A DNA stretch of 63,452 nt, filler included, from Sluysia triapertura (taxonomy: Eukaryota), in NCBI GenBank assembly GCA_046118255.1. It is 5 parts of 5 records of this genome, joined end to end, with 100 filler letters (N's around TTAATTAATTAA, not from the genome) between each part and the next. Parts side by side here need not be neighbours in the genome. Positions count along the whole stretch, not along the records: positions 51,110 to 63,452 come from JBJNIA010104321.1; 4 more parts are not named here. One strand, 5' to 3'. Below, piece after piece: positions 55,635 through 63,452 of this stretch. The notes beneath the pieces were generated by a model. The model worked only from the letters and a program-made list of their open reading frames with translations. It ran no database searches and had not been told where the DNA came from. Both the position numbers and the translations under genes were made by a program. Numbering within the stretch: the first letter of the stretch is position 1; each line of letters starts with the position of its first letter.

Positions 55635-56674
55635 ATACTTACACGCAATAAAACTTTTTAATTTTTTAACTATAATTTATATTTTCAGGTACCCTGCTCA
55701 ATCAATACATTCTTATCCAAAAAAAGTCAATTATAATAAATTTTTGATTCAACTTTTCTTTATTATTATAATTATATAGTTATATTATTATAATTATAAT
55801 TAAATTTAAGGTAACAATGATGCTGATGGAACATTTTAAGTGAAATTATTGATTTGAGAACATGGATTAAAGTCCAAGAATGATTAACATTTAGTTTTTT
55901 GAAGCACTCAATAAAGTTGTGATGGTGAATTATAAAATAATATTGGAAATTGAAAGTGAACTTTCACATAATATTATTTATTATAAACATTAGACTTGAC
56001 TGAACTGAACGAAATGCTTTAAAGAATTGAATAATTGTGTAAGGTTTGAAGCAGAAAATGTACTATGAAATAATAAATGATGTGAGAGTGATTTCAAAGT
56101 GGATTCAGTAAACTGATTAGTAAATTAAACTGGTTATTATTAGCTAAAAAGAAGTATCTAACCTGAGGTTGCACAAGAAATTAAATCTTAAAAATTTGAA
56201 CATCCACCCGATGACTGTAGATAATAGTAGAAATAAAGTAATGTAGCACTGATAAAAATTGAAACGATTGACCCACTAACGAAAGATTTCTTTTATAGAA
56301 AGAAATCATAAATCCTACAGAAGAGTCTCTTGCCTTAGCGAAACCAAAAATATAATACAATTTTTAGATAATATAAATCGTTTCATATTAAAATACCAGC
56401 AATAATAATAATAGTAATAATAATTATTATTACTATTATTATTATCAATGAAAGTAATCTGAAATGAAAATCTCAAATTTAAATTGATAAATATTGTTTA
56501 TATTTTTTTAATTTTTGGCAATCTCCTGACATTATCTACTTTATGCGCCTAGTTCTATCATTGCTTAAGAAAATTTAATTAAATTTTCATCATCAAACAC
56601 ATTTTATTTTGTAAAACGTCATCATTTTGAAGTAAATTAAATTATATTTTATTCAGAATTTCAATAAAAATAAC

Positions 56675-57740
56675 TTACGCTGATCTATCATTTCTAAACA
56701 TGTATGGTTTATTAACATACATCTGAATAGATTCCTTTCCTTCTATCTGATAATTTCCGTACTCTTCACTTTGATTTGGATATTCTTTGTTATTTTTCCT
56801 TCCACAAAAGTGTATAACAATTACAGCAAATATTACAACAATAATTATTACAGCAATAGATATCACCTATATATTAATTAATTGTAAAAAATGAAATATA
56901 ATAAGTCTTACAATGTATTTAATGTTGCTTTCGATAACTGAAGGGTTAGATTTAATGTGCTTCAATGTGTCGCAAGCCACCAAATCACCACATGAAATTA
57001 TTTGATATTCATCATAAAAAGATTTAGTTAGTTTTGAATTATTTTTATTGCTTATTTGAGTATTGAAAATAGTATTATTTCTATTAAAATGGTTGTTTTT
57101 TATCATGCAAACAGGATATGGAAATATTCCACCTGGGTTGCGACAATAATTAAAGTTCAAATTTAGATTTTGATTATAAAAAGCTTCTAAAAAAGTTGAA
57201 GGTGCGTATTTCCATGGTAAACATCGGTTTTTGTCATTAGATTTTCCAGTAATAAATCGATCTAAAAATGGTACTAATAGACATATAATGTCAACAACTG
57301 TTGTAAAACGTGTATGAAAAAATTAATGCATATAAAAACAAAATATAATAAAAAAAAGGTAGTGTTATAGTGATGACGAGGTGACAACAAGCGTTACGTA
57401 TAATAAAATGTTAATACAAAAGATTTATTTCGCTACTAAGATTTGCCAGAGATAAAAGTGTGATAATGCAGATATTGTAGATGTGTTTTATTTCGATATG
57501 AATTTTGTTTGTGATGAGGTTTATGTGGTTGATGGTGATAGTGGATGAGATGTATATGATATACATCACAGTTTTGTATGCGTTGATTTTGATATGATTG
57601 GACATCCAATCAATACCTCTTCTTTTGCGATCATTGTTAATTGTAAGTGGATGTCCAATCAATCGTCTTATTCCGTATTGTTGTTTCATTTTAACTGTAC
57701 AACCAATAAAAAGCCAAATTCCAATTAACACACACAGCAT
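56675..57740 (-). CDS. Single-pass membrane protein with one kringle domain
   Basis: Hydrophobic N-terminus MLCVLIGIWLFIGC, RKRR site, kringle RCLPWKY...NFNYCRNPGGIFPYPVC...SC, intron ~56867-56910, TM ISIAVIIIVVIFAVIVIHFC and a short Tyr-containing tail. Confidence 0.75.
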
Positions 57741-57959
57741 TGAATTAAAATTAATCACAACCACAACATGCGATACAATAATTAAAGTGTTTAGTTAAAA
57801 ATTTATTATTTTTCAGTTTGTGATTTGAAAATTTATTATAAAAATGCTTTTTATGAGTTTATATTAAATAATAGTTATTTATTAAAACTTATTAAATTTA
57901 AAAGTTAATTGAACAATTTTAATCACTATTTTATAATTTTAAGTTCTACTATCATAATT

Positions 57960-59100
57960 ATCAATGAATTTCGTATTGTACAATATTGTTATGATCCTTA
58001 TATTTCAACTATAGACAGATAAATCATTTAATTTTCCATTACATGGGTCATTCGCTTATGGTAATAGAAATATAGTACTCAACTTTAGTGAAAAAGATAA
58101 TTTACAAATTGGTTGCTATATTTATCCTATTAACGACAAGCAAATAAAACATTATGAACCTGTAGATGAATGTGATGTACAGCAATCTTTTAAAACCCAG
58201 AATAACTATTCAAAATTAGTCTCCGAGAATATTTTTATGATTTACTCAATACATCACCGAAAATTTTAAAGTATTTCAAATACCAAATTAACGAAATTTA
58301 TGTTAAATTAGTGCAAGCACAAAATAACTGTACAATTTTATCCTTCTGTGTCGAAAGACATTACTTTGTTTTATAAAAGTCACGAAATAGTCCTATTTTA
58401 AAGTTTACTTCAAGTCTATTCATCGAACTTTAAAATGACAAACGTAAATAAACGTAAAGGTAGATTAACACTAACTGCTAATGATCAAGTTATAGATAAT
58501 TTAGTTAATATAATTCTTGTATTTCACAAATTAGATATTATAAAGATAATTGATGTCGATTCATTAGTCATGACTAATAAGGTGAAATTATCCAAGACAA
58601 ACTTGTTAAATCATAAACCAAAAGTCTATCATGTCAAGTTGTTATATAATGTGAGTGACATTAAACATTACAAGATGGCTCTCTGTCCATTCAAATCCAC
58701 TCCAACTGGCGGATGCTGTAAGCACGTCAAGAATTGCATCTATTTCCACACAATTTATGAAGTTAAATGTGCTACTATATATCAAACAGATTTCATCACC
58801 CACTAAGACAAAGTACAATCTCTTTTAGCAAATCTCTGAATCAACTTCAATTTACGGCAGTTACATAGAGAAGATGTTGGATTCTGTGGCAACCATCACG
58901 ACAGTGTTCCACTCGCCTCCGAAATATACAAAGAACTAAAAGTAATTCTAAATTTTTTATTAAACTTTATTCATTTGAACTATTTTTTATATCTAATTTG
59001 TTTTAGAGGAGCGAAATAATCATCTCATGGCTTAATCAAAAACGTCTAGAACATTATGCTAATAAATTTCAAATTTTTAATGTGAAAACTAATACATTAA
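57960..59100 (+). pseudogene. CCCH-family locus (close paralog of 35430-36490)
   Basis: KHYKMALCPFKSTPTGGCCKHVKNCIYFHTIYEVK; IIDVDSLVMTNK; GT-AG intron ~58942-59006; in-frame stops. Confidence 0.7.
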
Positions 59101-59499
59101 ATTGTTGTATTAGTCCTGATTACTCGTATTATTTTGTAATTTAAAATTAATCGTTATAATTTTTAGTAAACACAATTTTAATATTCATTATCAGTATTTA
59201 TTAACTTGTCTCAATAAATTTAAATTAAATTTTCTAGAGAAATTTTCAATTAAATGTAGTAATTCAAGAAATTGTATTATACTCAATAATAAAAAACATA
59301 AAAATACACCACAGTAATGATAATTATGATAACGACAACTAGAAATTATAATGGATAGAATAAATAGAATAAATGGATAGATAAATGGATAAAAATAATA
59401 TTTTAAATTATTTGAAGCTTTATAAATTTACTGTTTTAAGACATAGTATGGTAATGAAAATATGGGAATTGATGTGGTGTTATGTAATAGTGTGTGTGG

Positions 59500-60150
59500 A
59501 GTATGTGTGGTGTGTGATGGTGGAGAAATGTAATCGCAGGTGAAGGATTGGACCATCCCAAGGTTGTGAAACTTAATAAGTCTAGATTCGCTAGTTATTT
59601 CCTTGCTAATATAACTAGTGTATATGATTTTTTTGGCTTTCTCATTTTATGTTCTGTTAGTATCATATTTGATTATTAAGTTGCATCAATTACTAAAAAA
59701 TCTGTGCCAAATTAATTTTAAAAAATGACATCAAAACTTTTTATGGATTAAGTCTGACTTTAAAACTTTAACAAGAGTTTCTCCAGGTAACACTCATTCT
59801 TTAGATAACCGTGTAGGTTTTAATGTAGAGAGTGGAATTTCTTCCTTCGATATTATATTTTGGAAATATTTTTGTCATTTTCCTTCAAAAATTTCATAAT
59901 TCACATTAAGGCATTCGTTGCATATAGTCACACATGCATACAGTTAAAAAGTGCGGCACAAACCATAAACTATACCAATAATTTTTAAGGTATTGTACAA
60001 AGAATAATAACTAATCACATGCATACCTGATATTTGATTGAAATTTATTTGAACAAAAACGAGAAATTTCGTTTTCGGTTGACCTACCACTCTTAAAATC
60101 TATAAATTGTTGATCTATGTGGGTACGATTTATTATAAACTTTTTGGGGC
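59500..60150 (-). mobile_element. Degraded gypsy integrase traces
   Basis: YACVTICNEC (zinc domain) and QPWDGP (GPY/F-like). Confidence 0.3.
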
Positions 60151-60329
60151 TACCAAAAATCTGATCATTAACCTTATTTCTACTTTATCTATTTTAAAAG
60201 TAAAATAAAATAAATAAAAATATTTATTTTCAAATTATGTATACATTGATTTTTCCAAAAAATAACATTCATGTTTAGCATAATATTTTTGAAATACATA
60301 AGTGACATTAAAGTTCATCATATATTTAG

Positions 60330-61050
60330 GCTTCAATGGATGGTACTGTAGAAGAAACGCAACAATACAAGAATTGGCTTAATCATTCAATTTTTAAAAT
60401 AAAGCAAGTTATTTTAATATAATTTTTGAAAATCAGTTGGTGTTGAAATATGTTCTTAAACTTTTATATTGTAAGACAGTTACCATCTTTATCATATAAA
60501 TTATAAAAATTTGGAAGTAATTTTGATTCTTTTTACGGTGTTCCAACTTTCACACAAATTTTTATTTCAAACAACTATATAACAACAATTTGCCACACCG
60601 AAACAAAATTTAAATCAAATATAATAATATTGAATAATGTAGAAGTTGTAATGAAAATGAAATTTATATTTTGTCGTTTTTTTAAATATAATGGCATTTA
60701 TTGTACCGTTTTCAAATAGCGTAAGTCAAAGTTAAACTCAAGACATTTTCAACGAGTGCAAAGCTAATTTAATAATTTATGTACTAAAGTTACATATGAG
60801 AGCATAAACATAAAAAATTTCCAAAGCAATGATGATGAAATATACTTACTTCTTGAGTATCGAACAGTTATAAGAATGTGAAAATAACTAAATCTCATGT
60901 ACCGTAGGTTTTGCAAGAGAAGTTTCCGCGAAATGTTGCAAAAATGTTACACATCGTCCTAGAATCTACATCGAAAAATGCACAAGAATAAAATTTAAAA
61001 TCCATGTCAAAAAAGAATTTGAATCATCAGATGACGATAACAGTCAGTTA
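60330..61050 (+). mobile_element. Degraded piggyBac-like C-terminal remnant
   Basis: GTV, PET-like trace and a Cys-rich tail (SCTVGF...KCCK...EKCT). Confidence 0.35.
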
Positions 61051-61868
61051 GTGATTTATTATAAAAATATATGGATACATTAGTTTGAATCAATAAATCA
61101 GATATCAAAATCGAAAACTGACCAACAAAAGTAATTTTGTCATTTTTGTCAAAAACGTCAGATAAAGATAATTCAGAAAATATGGGAAAATAAGTGAAAG
61201 AATCAAGGTGGAAGAAACTCCATAAATGATTAATTATTGACAGAGAGAGCTAAAGAAACAAAGTGTTAGAAAAATCAATGGAATAATATAAAGATAGTTG
61301 AAATTTATATTTGTTAATTAAATTTATTAATTAAAAAGATACGTAAAATCGCTAAATCAGTACTTTAATGCACAACGAAGCGACCTGATTGAAGAATCTT
61401 TAAGCAACATTAATATTCGAAATTTAAGTCCTCCAAAAAAGATGACGAGTGATTCCAAAAATTAACTGAAGAGAACTATAAAGAAATTTGTAAGCTTTTG
61501 ATTTTCATAGAAATCTAGTAAATAATGTTAAATAGCTTTAATTCAAGTTTATTTTATGTAGTGCTTAATGTATTTATTAAAGAAAGAATTTGACGATGCA
61601 AATGAAGCATAATAATAATAATAAAATTATAACAATAATTGTATACAATTACAATAGTAATAATAATTTGTTAGTCACGAAATCGATAAAATATGAATGC
61701 ATCTTTGTTTTCAGTCAAGTTGTTAAATCAAATGAAATGTGAAATGGCTAATTCATATTTTATTGAATGGATGTATAGCAAAAATTTCATGTGTACATGG
61801 TCAATAAAAATAAAATATTTGTGTGAGGGTAGTTAATGTTGTTAAAATGGACAAAAATAGAAAATAAA

Positions 61869-63250
61869 ATGGCTTCCGATTCACTAGTAAGAAAGATGGC
61901 AAATTCGCAATTAAAATTATCTAGTAAAAGTACAAGGATGACAATATTTATAGTTAAAAAGTTAAAAAATAAACTAAAGCAACCATATAATGTTATCCAT
62001 GATCAATGATGATTCTTACTATAATACTAAAGCAATTGTAAAGTTTAGTGATATAAATGATAAAACAAGCACAAATTATGATGAGCTGAATGTTAAAGCA
62101 GACGTATGATGAGTTAAACGATAAACTAAATGTAAATTACGATGACTTAAGTCTTAAAGAAAACGAAGATTACGGTGAATTAAAGGTTAAAGTAAACATA
62201 ATTTGTGATGAGTTAAAAGTAAAATTTATGTATTAAAGCTTAATGACTCCTGTTGGTGCCATTCCATTAACATTTGAAAATGTAGAATGTACTGAAACAG
62301 TATTTAATTGTCAATTAAATATATCTGAAGGCTTAGCTTAACGTAGACGATTGTCAAATAAAATTAATCAATTCCGGTTCAAATGTAAATAATTCTCAAG
62401 CAAGACTAATCGACTATGGCAAGCTTTACATGGGACGGAGTAACAGATGATTGTGAACATCCATATTATAATTCAATTTAGTTTTTATTGCTCTTCTTTG
62501 TTCAAGGTAACTCATTTCCCAAAAATTCATGTAAATGATTTTTTATAAGGAAATTAATTACACAGAGATCGAAAATCAAACGATAAGGAATTCGATGAAT
62601 GTGAACGAGTTGTCATAATAATGTCTGCGAAAAGGTTATATCTTCATTGAAGTTCAAAGAAAATTATGAGTTAATATTAAATGAATCTTGTCAAACTCAT
62701 AAATTAGTAAAAGAATAGATTGATAATCCATTACCTTCTTTAGATGTTGAAGTTAATTTAAATTATATACACAGTTACGATAACCATAAATTTGCCATCT
62801 ACTATTACGAATCTAATAAGAGTGCTTGGTACTTAATTGAAAAATTATATCACTGAATAACAAACGACCTGTAAGTTAGACTCTTCGTTAAAATTGATTC
62901 TGATATTTTCTCAATTTCGCATAATAAAGATTTAACACACAAAGTTACACTTCAAAAAATGTCATCCAAAATGTCACCCTATCCAAATTTTACAGATGGA
63001 TAATGATTTTACAGATTTTGAATAATTGACAATAAAGCCGACACTGCATTCAAAAATGTGGAATGTTATGCAAACCGATTACTCAGCACATGAAAATCGT
63101 AATCGAATGCTGTTTTCTTTCAATGTTAATTATATTTACGTGGCTTATTTGTCAGAAAATGTTTATCAAATGTTTATGGCTTCATCAATTATTTTTATCT
63201 AAATGGTAAAATTTGTGATATTTCCATTGGTTACGTTGACAAAATACAAA
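61869..63250 (+). pseudogene. Locus F: 11-aa repeats plus a catalytically dead CYLD-like USP domain with B-box remnant
   Basis: GVTDDCEHPYYNSI*FLL aligns without gaps to the CYLD Cys box [18 protein letters not shown] (Cys->Pro). Then LRKGYIFIEVQRKL (cf. LRIYGYVCATKIMKL), PSTITNLI (cf. VPTIQQLL), TIKPTL (cf. KIFPSL), VECY and YF..KCLSNVY (cf. QFCKTCNTQVH). Confidence 0.55.
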
Positions 63251-63452
63251 AAAAGAACATATATTGAAAGAGTAAAGAATAATAATTTTGTTTAATAATT
63301 TTTCAATAAAGAAATAATCAGAAAAATATAAATGTGTATTGCTACTGTTATCCATTACTATTATATTTTTATTTCTGTTCGGTTTTCCTACTCTTCGAAC
63401 AATTATAAAAAATGTTAAATTTATATTTTGGGTCCGCCTACGCTAAACGATT

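Overview
Very AT-rich eukaryotic DNA with GT-AG introns as short as about 35-40 nt. That suggests a compact animal genome; an orthonectid such as Intoshia is a guess from composition and intron size only. The window is five contigs joined by artificial 100-bp N/TTAATTAATTAA/N spacers, so adjacency across spacers is uninformative. Apparently normal host genes are an AMN1-like leucine-rich-repeat gene, a signal peptide-kringle-TM gene and one conserved-looking exon. Most of the rest is decayed Ty3/gypsy and piggyBac remnants, dispersed repeats and (TTA)n tracts. Two systems stand out. (1) An amplified, mostly pseudogenised family of about nine loci built from CYLD-like parts (CAP-Gly; catalytically dead USP with B-box), an atypical C-x9-C-x6-C-x3-H zinc finger and 11-aa repeats. 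Five of these loci are preceded by one or two inverted repeats (14-19 bp arms, about 24-30 nt spacers) whose arms differ between loci but stay complementary within each locus. (2) A ~155-bp TGTT...AACA element carrying a tRNA-like Pol III unit (3 copies, two with 4-bp target-site duplications). All protein assignments are by-eye motif matches and need HMM confirmation.
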